Part shown: piece by piece, positions 1 to 9,002 of the stretch
How the letters are laid out: every line of letters begins with the position of its first letter
How positions within the stretch are numbered: position 1 is the first letter of the stretch
Source: an uncultured Chloroflexia bacterium
GTDB taxonomy: Bacteria; Chloroflexota; Chloroflexia; Chloroflexales; Herpetosiphonaceae
Direction: 5' to 3'
DNA length: 64,000 nucleotides
Assembly (NCBI GenBank): GCA_963767035.1
Contig: CAVYBW010000001.1
Location: 2,246,547-2,310,546 of the forward strand
Made by a program: the position numbers and the translations under genes
The notes under the pieces: generated by a model
The model's input: only the letters and a program-made list of their open reading frames with translations
Database searches by the model: none
What the model was told of the DNA's origin: nothing

Positions 1-415
1 CATATCCCAGCAAGCGTGCTTCGCGATTCAGCTCAACCAATGCTACGCTATCGTCACGGCCCAAATCAGCAATCAGAGCCTGGGTTTGTTGTTGAACTTG
101 CGCAAAGGTGCGATTGGCAGCCATGCTCGAGGTTGTGTCGAGGATAATCACTACATGGCGTGGGTCATTGAGGCCAAAAATCCAAGCTGGTTGGGTTAGG
201 CTCAAGCCCAAACATGCAGCAACCAACAGGTGTAAAGCCAACAACAGGGTTAATGGCAACTTGCGTTGCTGGCGCTCAGGTGGTGGTTTTAATGCCGCCC
301 ACAGCCGAATTGTAGGAATCCGCACCCGTTGACGACGCTGACGCACCATGTGCAATAGCACAATGATCGGCAAGGCGATTAAGCCAATTAAGCCCAATGG
401 TACAAGCAAATTCAT
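1..415 (-). CDS. VWA-domain protein (BatA-like), N-terminal part. The gene runs off the window edge.
   Basis: The reverse strand from the ATG at 413-415 translates as MNLLVPLGLIGLIALPIIVLLHMVRQRRQRVRIPTIRLWAAL...VVIILDTTSSM. This has the BatA-type N-terminal TM helix, then RRR, then a VWA start. The ORF track omits it because it is partial. Confidence 0.5.
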   Translation of the reverse strand, partial: MNLLVPLGLIGLIALPIIVLLHMVRQRRQRVRIPTIRLWAALKPPPERQQRKLPLTLLLALHLLVAACLGLSLTQPAWIFGLNDPRHVVIILDTTSSMAANRTFAQVQQQTQALIADLGRDDSVALVELNREARLLGY

Positions 416-562
416 AAGGATCAATACTTCACAAGCATCTCAGAACAAAGATGATTGCGCTGAATGAACAAACAGCATGGTGCAATACCATGCTGTCGTA
501 TTATAACGAGCTTTTGAGCCGCAGCGAAAGCAAAGAATCAGAAGAATGCTACGACACCAAGG

Positions 563-1303
563 CTAGCGTTGCGGTAATTCACGCATAAAGGTATGTTGTT
601 GCTCATCGATCGCATGTTGCAATTGATCGCGTGAGAGCATGCCCGAAAGCACCAACAACTCGCCCACCTGAAAATTCTGGCCGCGTACCTTCAAATCGGC
701 TTGGCGGGCAATTACCTGATTCAGCTGGGTGCGCGTAATCAGGCCTTGTTCAATCAGATGATCACCGAGGCGATTTACGCTGCTCGCTACGCCACCCTGA
801 GCACGCGCCACTTTTTGCACCTCCAAGACCTTGCCAAGCGCTTGCGTAGTCAGCCAACGCCGGCGCAACAAAATATCGCCAAGCGGTACAATTCGGCCAT
901 AGCGGGCTTCTTGGGCTTGCTCGTGTAAGGCAGCCTCAAGCTGTGGCTGCTTGATAAACCGTTGATCGACCAAATATTCGCCCAAGCGTTTGACCACGGC
1001 GACTGATTTTTCAACCGGCGGCGTGGGCGGCGTTTGATCAACGACGACTTGCAAGCGCAAAAACTCTAAGCCCATGAGCGCTGCTTCGTTGGTTGGCTCA
1101 AGCTCCAGCACCCGTTGCAAACAATCGCGGCGTTTTTCTGGCTCCTCCAAAACCCCGCTGAGCCAGAGCCAAGCTGGCGCAAAATCGGGATCTTCATGAA
1201 TAATCGATATTAATAAGCTGCGACCCTCCTCCTTCCGGCCAGTGCTAATCGCAGCACGGGCGTGGGCAAAAAGCGTTTCGATGCTCACAGAATGTCCTTT
1301 CAA
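563..1303 (-). CDS. TPR-like protein with four MshEN/T2SSE_N-type motifs; putative c-di-GMP-binding protein.
   Basis: Four 24-aa repeats are present: RLGEYLVDQRFIKQPQLEAALHEQ, PLGDILLRRRWLTTQALGKVLEVQ, RLGDHLIEQGLITRTQLNQVIARQ and QVGELLVLSGMLSRDQLQHAIDEQ. They match the MshEN consensus RLGxxLxxxGxIxxxxLxxALxxQ. The N-terminus is a TPR-like helical region. Confidence 0.6.
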   Translation of the reverse strand: MKGHSVSIETLFAHARAAISTGRKEEGRSLLISIIHEDPDFAPAWLWLSGVLEEPEKRRDCLQRVLELEPTNEAALMGLEFLRLQVVVDQTPPTPPVEKSVAVVKRLGEYLVDQRFIKQPQLEAALHEQAQEARYGRIVPLGDILLRRRWLTTQALGKVLEVQKVARAQGGVASSVNRLGDHLIEQGLITRTQLNQVIARQADLKVRGQNFQVGELLVLSGMLSRDQLQHAIDEQQHTFMRELPQR

Positions 1304-1305
1304 GC

Positions 1306-2655
1306 TTAGCCTTTAGCCAATGCTTGGGCAGCAACCAATAATGGGTCCCACACCGATGAAAATGGGGGTGCATAACTTAGGTCTTGCCAAGCAAACTCAT
1401 CTACCGTCATTCTTCCCGCCAGTGCCACCGCTACCACATCAACCCGCTTTGCCACATCGTCGTAGCCAATAATTTGGCCACCCAACAATGTGCCGTCGGC
1501 TGCATCGGCAACCAACTTAACCGTAATAGGCCGAGCATTGGGATAGTACCCCGCATGATCGGTTGAATGGATAATTTTGCTACGAACGTGGTAGCCATAG
1601 TGGAGAGCTTGCTCAACACTTAATCCGGTCGCGGCAATGTGTAAATCAGCAAATTTGGTCACTGATGTGCCAACGACTCCGCGAAATGGTCGCTCGTGGC
1701 CTGCGAGAAAGGCTCCCAGCGTGCGACCTTGTTTATTAGCAGTTGTGCCCAGTGGCAAATACACTGGCTGATTCAGAATACGATGATCAACGGTACAGCA
1801 ATCGCCAGCCGCATACACCCTATCGACGGTAGTACGCCCTAATTGGTCGATTTTGATTGCCTTCGCTTCGCCAAGCTCAGCGCCGCAGCTTTCAGCCAAT
1901 TCGCTATTGGGCTGCACGCCCGTGGCAATAATCACCAATTCGGCAGGATAATCGACCTTGCCAGCAATCACATGGGTCACTTTGTCGGCTTTGCCTTCAA
2001 GGCCTTCGAGCGCCGAGCCAAGCGCTAATTGCACGCCTGCAGCTTCAAGCCGCTCGATAATTTGGGTGGTCATATCATCATCCAGCGAGCCTAAAACCGT
2101 TTTGCTGCGGTTGATCAACGTTACAGCAATGCCTAAATCAAGCAAAGCCTCGGCCATTTCTAGCCCAATATAACCAGCGCCAACCACCACGGCATGGGTT
2201 GGGTGTTGTTCGTTGATGTAGGCTTGAATCGCCAAACCATCATGCATTGAGCGTAACCGAAAGACCCCCTGTAGTTCAATCCCTCGTACTGGTGGACAAT
2301 TGACCCGTGCGCCAGTTGCCAGCACCAAACGATCAAAATGATCGTGGAAGGTTGTATTGCTTGCCAAATTGCGCACTGTCACCCGCCCAGCCGCCACATC
2401 AAGGTCAACCACTTCATGTTCGGTTTTCACCGTCACGCCATCGCGGGCAAATTGGGCCGGAGTGCGGGCAATTAATGCTTGGTAATCGCTCACCGCACCG
2501 CTAATCAAGTAGGGCAAGCCACAAGCCGAGTAGGAAACATGGGCTTCGCGACCATAGACACAGATATCCAAATCGGGATTTGTGCGCTTGGCCTTGGCCG
2601 CAGCACTCGTTCCGGCGGCGACGGCTCCAATCACGATCACACGCTCGCTAGCCAT
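1306..2655 (-). CDS. FAD-dependent pyridine nucleotide-disulfide oxidoreductase (CoA-disulfide reductase / NADH oxidase family).
   Basis: N-terminus is RVIVIGAVAAGTSAAAKAKR (Rossmann fold). Redox-active Cys sits in SYSACGLPY. A second dinucleotide fold is VVVGAGYIGLEMAEAL. The stop abuts the start of the downstream gene, so the two are likely an operon. Confidence 0.85.
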   Translation of the reverse strand: MASERVIVIGAVAAGTSAAAKAKRTNPDLDICVYGREAHVSYSACGLPYLISGAVSDYQALIARTPAQFARDGVTVKTEHEVVDLDVAAGRVTVRNLASNTTFHDHFDRLVLATGARVNCPPVRGIELQGVFRLRSMHDGLAIQAYINEQHPTHAVVVGAGYIGLEMAEALLDLGIAVTLINRSKTVLGSLDDDMTTQIIERLEAAGVQLALGSALEGLEGKADKVTHVIAGKVDYPAELVIIATGVQPNSELAESCGAELGEAKAIKIDQLGRTTVDRVYAAGDCCTVDHRILNQPVYLPLGTTANKQGRTLGAFLAGHERPFRGVVGTSVTKFADLHIAATGLSVEQALHYGYHVRSKIIHSTDHAGYYPNARPITVKLVADAADGTLLGGQIIGYDDVAKRVDVVAVALAGRMTVDEFAWQDLSYAPPFSSVWDPLLVAAQALAKG

Positions 2656-2682
2656 TGCAGGCTCCTTTAGCTATGCTACTAT

Positions 2683-3489
2683 TTGGACAGATTGTCACTA
2701 GATGAGAGTTTGATTATGCCACTAAGCCCTGCCAATAATCAACCACGTTTGCCAGCCCAACCCAATCGTTTGGGAGCTTGGTTGGTCTATCGGGCCTTGG
2801 TGCGGCCTGCCTTGCGCAAAACCTTCGATCAAGTATTGCTTAATGTTGGGTCAGCCGCTGACATATTGCGCAGCCGCGAGCCAATTCTGTGTTATGTAAC
2901 CCATACCAGCTGGTGGGATGGTCATTTGGCTTTTGAGCTATTTCGCACAGTTTACCCACGCAACCATTTTTTAATGATGGAAGAAGCCCAGTTAGCGCGC
3001 TATTTCTTCTTCCGTTGGTGTGGTTGCTTCTCGGTCAACCGTCAAGAACCGCGCGAGGCCTTGCGATCAATTCGCTACGCCAGCACCCAGCTCCAACAAA
3101 GCTGCTCTTTAGTTTGGATCTTTCCGCAGGGTGAGATTATACCGCCAGATCGGCGCCCACTCCAATTGTTCCGTGGAGTCGCCGATATTGCCACCCGCAC
3201 TAGCAACCTGTGGTGTTTGCCAATTGCGCTGCGCTATGAATTTACTGGCGAACAACGTCCAACCGCCTTGATCAGCTGTGGCGAGCCAACGTGGGTTGAT
3301 GCGGGCACAACCCGCGAGCAACTTCAGCCAACCTTAGAACGCAACCTAACCAGCGTTGCCGACCAACTCCGTGACGCATGGAACCAGCAAGATCTTGCCA
3401 ATTTCCGCTCAATCATGCAAGGCACAGCCTCAGTTAACCATCGCTTCGACCACATTTTGGGGCCAATCGTGCGCTGGTGGCAAAAATAA
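2683..3489 (+). CDS. Lysophospholipid (PlsC-family) acyltransferase.
   Basis: HX4D motif HTSWWD and an FPQGE motif. The true start may be the internal ATG at 2716. Confidence 0.55.
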   Translation: MDRLSLDESLIMPLSPANNQPRLPAQPNRLGAWLVYRALVRPALRKTFDQVLLNVGSAADILRSREPILCYVTHTSWWDGHLAFELFRTVYPRNHFLMMEEAQLARYFFFRWCGCFSVNRQEPREALRSIRYASTQLQQSCSLVWIFPQGEIIPPDRRPLQLFRGVADIATRTSNLWCLPIALRYEFTGEQRPTALISCGEPTWVDAGTTREQLQPTLERNLTSVADQLRDAWNQQDLANFRSIMQGTASVNHRFDHILGPIVRWWQK

Positions 3490-3546
3490 CTATTAGGGAT
3501 TGGTCTGAGGGGGCAGGATTCAGGGATGAGCGATCAGGATCAGCAG

Positions 3547-3858
3547 CACAGTAACCGCGAAGCACACGAAGTTTGGAGATGAGAAACACAACAACAATCC
3601 CCAACGTCAATATTAGGGGGTGCAGGGGGATGAAAACCCCCGGCATTTCCCTCCGGCGGAGGGACGGAAGGGTGGCGAATCTCTTAATGGAAGATCGGTT
3701 GTCGGGGATCAGCCGCACAGTAACCGCGAAGATCGCGAAGACCACGATGTTTGGGGTTAAGGGAGCATAACACCAATCCAGCACCTACATATTAGGGGGT
3801 GCAGGGGGATGAAACCCCCCTGCGTTTCTCTCCGGCGGAGGGACGGAAGGGTGGCGAA
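3547..3858. repeat. Tandem repeat of about 170 bp (two copies plus a partial third at 3490-3520), each with two GC-rich hairpins.
   Basis: Copy 1 is 3547-3680 and copy 2 is 3716-3858. Each contains cacagtaaccgcgaag...tattagggggtgcagggggatgaaaacccccggca (GGGGG/CCCCC stem) and ccctccggcggaggg (6-bp stem). It lies between convergent gene ends. Confidence 0.8.
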
Positions 3859-3889
3859 CCCAGATTGAATCCACAAAACACTATTCAAA

Positions 3890-4615
3890 CTACCAAACAG
3901 CCTCAATCAATCGGGGCAAAACTTCATCGGCACTGCCCGCCAACGAATAGCTCGCAATCCCCCGCAACGGAATATCAGGATTAATTTCAATCACAATCTT
4001 TTTGCGCCGCAATGCCCGATGCGGCAACGACGCAATTGGCTCAACAATCGCTGAAGTTCCAATCACCAACGCCACATCGCTGGTATCAAACGCAGCTTTG
4101 GCCGCTTGTAAAATCGCCGCATCCAACAACTCGCCAAACCAAACAATATCAGGCCGCAACGGCGCACCACAACCAGGGCAGATTGGCTGCTCAGGATTCC
4201 ACGTTGCAACGAGGCTCCGTTCGCGTGAGCAGATCGTTCGCGCCAAACTACCATGCACCTCGTACACCTCACTTGAGCCAGTCCGTTGATGCAAACTATC
4301 AATATTTTGGGTAAACAGCTTAAGCTGTGGTACTAATTGCGCTAGTTGCGCGACAGCATCATGGCCAGCGTTTGGCACAGCCTGCTCACACTGGCGTTTC
4401 ATGGCTTGATAAACCTGAAAAACGCCGCTTGGATCACGCTCAAAGCCAGCTAAGGTTGCAACCTTATCGGGATCATAGGCTGTCCAACGGGCATCGGCAG
4501 CAGCACTCCGATAGGTTGGAATGCCACTGGGAGCCGAAATACCAGAGCCAGTTAATACCACCAACGATTGGGCCTGACGCAAAATCCGAATTAAATCAGC
4601 AGCAAATTCGCTCAT
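3890..4615 (-). CDS. cobB: NAD-dependent protein deacylase (Sir2/CobB family).
   Basis: GSGISAPSGIPTYR sirtuin NAD-binding motif and a Zn-binding CPGCG motif. Length and architecture fit CobB. Confidence 0.85.
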   Translation of the reverse strand: MSEFAADLIRILRQAQSLVVLTGSGISAPSGIPTYRSAAADARWTAYDPDKVATLAGFERDPSGVFQVYQAMKRQCEQAVPNAGHDAVAQLAQLVPQLKLFTQNIDSLHQRTGSSEVYEVHGSLARTICSRERSLVATWNPEQPICPGCGAPLRPDIVWFGELLDAAILQAAKAAFDTSDVALVIGTSAIVEPIASLPHRALRRKKIVIEINPDIPLRGIASYSLAGSADEVLPRLIEAVW

Positions 4616-4983
4616 TGATCAATCTCCTTCAGCCTAATTAAAAGCACGATTGTGCTATTTCCTACCACACAGTGTGATAGTAATTTGGGTTTTGATAATC
4701 AAATTTTATTAACGATTTATTATTTGGATAATAATTTGGCTAAAAATCTATTGAAATTCGCCTGCGAATGTTTTACTATCAAGCAGAGACAGATTTAGGG
4801 ATAACGATGCTCTTTAGCAACGCTTCACCTTTGCATTCGACTATTTGAGCAATTAGGTTGTATTTGTGCCTAGCTGTACGTGATGCAATTGCGTACCGCT
4901 ATTTTTATGATTTTTGCGCATACCCACTGTGGTATTTGCCGATAAACGTCCGATTAATCCTTCATGCCAAAGGATCGCAAACC

Positions 4984-5292
4984 ATGCAAACCGAACGTAT
5001 TAAAAGCCGTGGGGTCTTGCTCAAAGTAGCAAGCCATATAGTCCAACTAGCCGTGATTGTTCGCGAAGCCGAAGGCATCAACGATAACGATGCCTACATG
5101 GTTGCTGAACAAATTATCGATCATGTGAGCACTTCGCATCAAGTGCCAAGCCAAGATTGCTGGCCGGTTCAGGTCGTTTGTCGAGCCTGGCAAGTCGTTG
5201 TGCAACATCAACATACGTGTCGTTGCCGTGGAGCCGATATGAATACGGTTGCCGATAAGTTGGTTAAACTCGATTGGGTTGCCGTCAACTAA
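4984..5292 (+). CDS. Hypothetical small Cys-containing protein (102 aa).
   Basis: ATG at 4984 is preceded by AAGGA. A roughly 350-bp AT-rich leader lies upstream. No family recognised. The longer ORF from 4858 is probably an over-extension. Confidence 0.35.
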   Translation: MQTERIKSRGVLLKVASHIVQLAVIVREAEGINDNDAYMVAEQIIDHVSTSHQVPSQDCWPVQVVCRAWQVVVQHQHTCRCRGADMNTVADKLVKLDWVAVN

Positions 5293-5387
5293 ATTTCGAC
5301 AATTTCCTCAATTTTCCTACTCCATGCCAAAAATCGCCAACATGTGGCTCTAGCTCCCGATAGCGTTTTGTTACGGGAGGTATCACC

Positions 5388-6902
5388 ATGTTGGCGAAAG
5401 TTTGGAGTTGCGCCGTGGTTGGCTTAGATGGCGCGTTAGTCGAAGTCGAAGTTGATCTCAGTCGTGGGTTACCAACCTTCACGATTGTTGGATTGCCTGA
5501 TACCGCTGTACAAGAAGCCAAAGAACGGGTGCGCGCCGCCGTGCGCAATAGTGGCGGCTCGTTCCCCGATAAGCGGCTAACCGTCAATTTGGCTCCAGCT
5601 GATTTGCGCAAAGCAGGCCCAGCCTACGATTTGCCGATTGCGGTGGGCATTTTGCTGGCTTCAGGCCAGATTGCCGCCGATGTGAGTCAAGCGCTGTTTG
5701 TTGGCGAGCTATCGCTTGATGGCGCTGTACGCCATACCGATGGCATCTTGCCAATGGTAACTATTGCTCGGCGCGAGGGCTTGCAAACTGTCTATGTGCC
5801 GCATTGCGATGCTGCCGAGGCCGCCTTGCTCAGCGACATTACGATTATTCCAGTGCGATCAATTGTCGATATTGCCGCCCATCTCAATGGCGAGCGCTAT
5901 ATCGAAGCCTACGAAGGCCAACCACCAGCCCCCGAAAGCTTAAGTTATAACGTCGATTTTGCCGATGTCAAAGGCCAAGAACACGTTAAGCGTGCACTAG
6001 AGGTTGCTGCGGCTGGTGGGCATAATGTGTTGATGAGTGGCCCACCTGGCTCTGGCAAAACCTTATTAGCCCGCTGCGTACCTTCAATTTTGCCACCGCT
6101 CAGCCTCGACGAAGCCTTGGATGTAACCAAAATTTATTCGGTGAAAGGCTTGTTACCCAGTGACACGCCCTTTATTCGCACTCGCCCATTTCGGGCACCT
6201 CACCATACGATTTCCAATGCTGGCTTAGTCGGCGGTGGCCGTATGCCGCTGCCAGGCGAGATTTCGCTCGCTCATCGCGGGGTACTTTTTCTCGACGAAA
6301 TGCCCGAATTTAGCCAGCAAGTGCTTGAAGTGCTGCGCCAACCACTCGAAGACCATACAGTCGTACTCAGTCGCGCGGCAGGCACCCTCGCATTCCCGGC
6401 AAACTTTGTGCTAATAGGAGCAATGAACCCTTGTCCTTGTGGCTACTCTAGCGACCCTACCCGCCAATGTGTTTGCCCACCAGCGGCAATTGCCCGCTAT
6501 CAAAAACGCATCTCAGGGCCATTGCTCGATCGCATTGATATTCATATTGAGGTGCCACGGCTTGAGTATGAAAAACTCGCTAGTGTGCGTAGTAGCGAAT
6601 CATCGGAGCAAATTCGCGAGCGGGTGGTCTTAGCCCGCCAACGCCAAGTCGAACGCTTTTGCAAGCAACCAATCTTAACCAATAGTGATATGGGGCCAGC
6701 TCAATTGCGCCACGCCTGCGAGCTTGATCCCGCCAGCCAAAGCCTGATGAAAGCGGCCATGCGTCAGTTACAACTCTCGGCTCGTAGCTATCATCGAGTG
6801 CTGAAATTGGCCCGCACCATTGCCGATTTAGCCAATCTTGCGCAGATTCAACCAGCGCATTTAGCCGAAGCACTCCAATATCGACCCCGTCGAACTGAAT
6901 AA
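5388..6902 (+). CDS. YifB/ComM-family Mg-chelatase-like AAA+ ATPase.
   Basis: N-terminal Lon-like domain MLAKVWSCAVVGLDGALVEVEVD. Walker A is GPPGSGKT. C-terminal domain has the PCPCGY Zn-finger-like motif. Strong RBS GGGAGG. Confidence 0.85.
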   Translation: MLAKVWSCAVVGLDGALVEVEVDLSRGLPTFTIVGLPDTAVQEAKERVRAAVRNSGGSFPDKRLTVNLAPADLRKAGPAYDLPIAVGILLASGQIAADVSQALFVGELSLDGAVRHTDGILPMVTIARREGLQTVYVPHCDAAEAALLSDITIIPVRSIVDIAAHLNGERYIEAYEGQPPAPESLSYNVDFADVKGQEHVKRALEVAAAGGHNVLMSGPPGSGKTLLARCVPSILPPLSLDEALDVTKIYSVKGLLPSDTPFIRTRPFRAPHHTISNAGLVGGGRMPLPGEISLAHRGVLFLDEMPEFSQQVLEVLRQPLEDHTVVLSRAAGTLAFPANFVLIGAMNPCPCGYSSDPTRQCVCPPAAIARYQKRISGPLLDRIDIHIEVPRLEYEKLASVRSSESSEQIRERVVLARQRQVERFCKQPILTNSDMGPAQLRHACELDPASQSLMKAAMRQLQLSARSYHRVLKLARTIADLANLAQIQPAHLAEALQYRPRRTE

Positions 6903-6938
6903 CGGGCTGGTGGTAACATCTGCTAACCAACACAACGA

Positions 6939-6966
6939 TTGACATCATCCATCAGCCACGTACAAT
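6939..6966 (+). promoter_or_regulatory. Sigma70-like promoter upstream of the ABC exporter.
   Basis: TTGACA (6939-6944), a 16-nt spacer, then TACAAT (6961-6966). Confidence 0.35.
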
Positions 6967-7058
6967 CATCAGTAACCGATCGATTGATCAATACGGCGCT
7001 TGCTGGTTGCTGGGCAAGCGTATATATACGTGCCAATGATGGAATTGTTGGCTGAAGG

Positions 7059-8862
7059 ATGGACACGATGCTGGCACAAGCACCGAAACAATTAAGTAAT
7101 TTGCGTCATTTAGAGCTACGACGCATGTTTCAGTATGTATATCCCTATCGCTGGCGCTTAGCCGTGGCGCTGCTCTGTTTGGCGGTTTCTAGTGGCATTG
7201 GCCTGATTATGCCGCTAGCAATTCGCAATTTGGTCGAAACAGTCAAAGATGCCACAAGCACCAGTGCCTTGGATAAGGTTGCACTCGGTTTGATGGGCGT
7301 ATTTATCGCCCAAATGGTCTTTAATTATATTCAAGGCTATTTCTTGACCTACGTTGGCGAACGCGCAGTCGCCGATTTGCGCATTGAGGTCTATTCGCAT
7401 TTACAACGGCTTTCGTTGGCGTTCTTCAGCGAACGTCGCGTCGGCGAATTAACCTCGCGGGTCACCAATGATGTCACGGTGATTCAAGGTATTGGCACCA
7501 ATGCAGTCGCCGCCTTTCTACAAAATGGCATTACCTTTATCGGTAGTTTCATTATGATGATCAATCTCAGCTGGCAGCTGACCGCAATTACCCTGCTGCT
7601 GATTCCATTGATGATTGTGCTGGCGATTATCTATGGCCGCCGAATTCGCAATATGTCAACTGAAGTTCAAGATCGCATGGCTGAAGCTTCGTCGGTGCTC
7701 GAAGAAACTATCTCGGGCGTGCGGATCGTCCAATCGTTTGCCCGCGGCCTATGAAGTTGAGCGATTTAGCGGCGCAATTGAGCATGCGTTTTCGGCTTCG
7801 ATGCGCCGCACCAAAACACGCGCTCAGTTTGTGCCAATCGTCTCGTTTTCGGGCTTTGGCGCATTAGTCTTTGTGCTCTGGTTTGGTGGCCGTCAAGTGT
7901 TAAATGGCACAATGCAGCTTGGCGATTTGATTGCCTTCTTGCTGTATGCAGCGGTGATTGCTGGCTCACTTGGCACGTTTACCAGCCTCTATAGCCAATT
8001 GCAAGAGGCGCTTGGCTCGACCGCACGGGTATTTGGCATTTTGGATACTGCGCCATCGATTGCCAGCAAAACCAATGCGATTATCTTGCCAGCCATCGAA
8101 GGTGAAATTCATTTAGAAGATGTTTCATTTAATTATGCTGAAGGCAGTTTACCGGTGTTGAGCGGGATTAACCTCAGGGTGCAGCCTGGCGAGGTCATGG
8201 CCATTGTCGGGCCGAGTGGCTCTGGTAAATCAACCTTGGTTAATCTTATTCCGCGTTTCTACGATGTAACTGCTGGGCGGATCACAGTTGATGGCTTTGA
8301 CATTCGTGATGTCGATTTGCCCTCGTTGCGCTCGCAAATTGGGATTGTGCCGCAAGAAACCTTGCTGTTTAGCGGTACGATTGCCGATAATATTCGTTAT
8401 GGCAACCTCGATGCACCGATGGAAGCCGTTATCGAAGCGGCTCAAGCCGCCAATGCCCACGAATTTATCAGCAATTTCGAGGGTGGCTACGACTCGATCG
8501 TTGGTGAGCGTGGGATCAAACTCTCTGGTGGTCAACGCCAGCGCGTCGCCATTGCCCGGGCCTTGCTCAAAAACCCACGCATTTTGATTCTCGATGAAGC
8601 CACATCGGCCATGGATAGCGAATCGGAAGGCTTGGTACAAGAGGCCTTAGAACGCTTGATGCAAGGTCGCACCACCTTTGTGATTGCCCATCGATTTTCA
8701 ACCGTCAAAAATGCGACCCGAATTGCCGTGATTGAGGCTGGCCGCGTGACCGAACTCGGCTCACATAGCGAACTTTTAGCCCAAGCCGGCACATACGCTC
8801 GTTTGTATCATTTACAATTTGAAACCAACGAAACACCTGGATCTGTGCTAACAGAGTATTAA
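7059..8862 (+). pseudogene. MsbA-like ABC exporter (fused permease and ATPase) interrupted by a frameshift near 7745-7755.
   Basis: ORF 7059-7754 encodes the TMD and ends VQSFARGL*. ORF 7615-8862 continues in the +1 frame with YEVERF...GPSGSGKST...LSGGQRQR...ILDEATSAMD. The junction is consistent with loss of one nucleotide in ...gcccgcggcctatgaa.... Confidence 0.6.
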
Positions 8863-8899
8863 AATTAATCGGATAGCCGCAAAACAGGACGATCGATGC

Positions 8900-8927
8900 T
8901 TGCTGTTAAGATAAGTTAGCGTATACT
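8900..8927 (+). promoter_or_regulatory. Sigma70-like promoter upstream of lon.
   Basis: TTGCTG (8900-8905), a 16-nt spacer, then TATACT (8922-8927). Confidence 0.35.
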
Positions 8928-9002
8928 ATAAAGACGTATTATGATGCTTTTAACCCACTCTGTCGTGGCCATTCTGCCACAGCGAAATGAGGGATTTTAG
9001 AT

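Noticed and set aside
108-332. 74-aa ORF on the + strand at the window start.
   Set aside because: It lies antisense to the clear BatA-like VWA gene N-terminus on the minus strand. It has no RBS and an Arg/Trp-rich composition typical of GC-antisense ORFs.
3434-3784. ORFs 3434-3784(-) and 3573-3770(+) across the tandem hairpin repeat.
   Set aside because: They are read through repeated GC hairpins, and the peptides are low complexity (GCRGMKTPG...). They are artefacts of the repeat.
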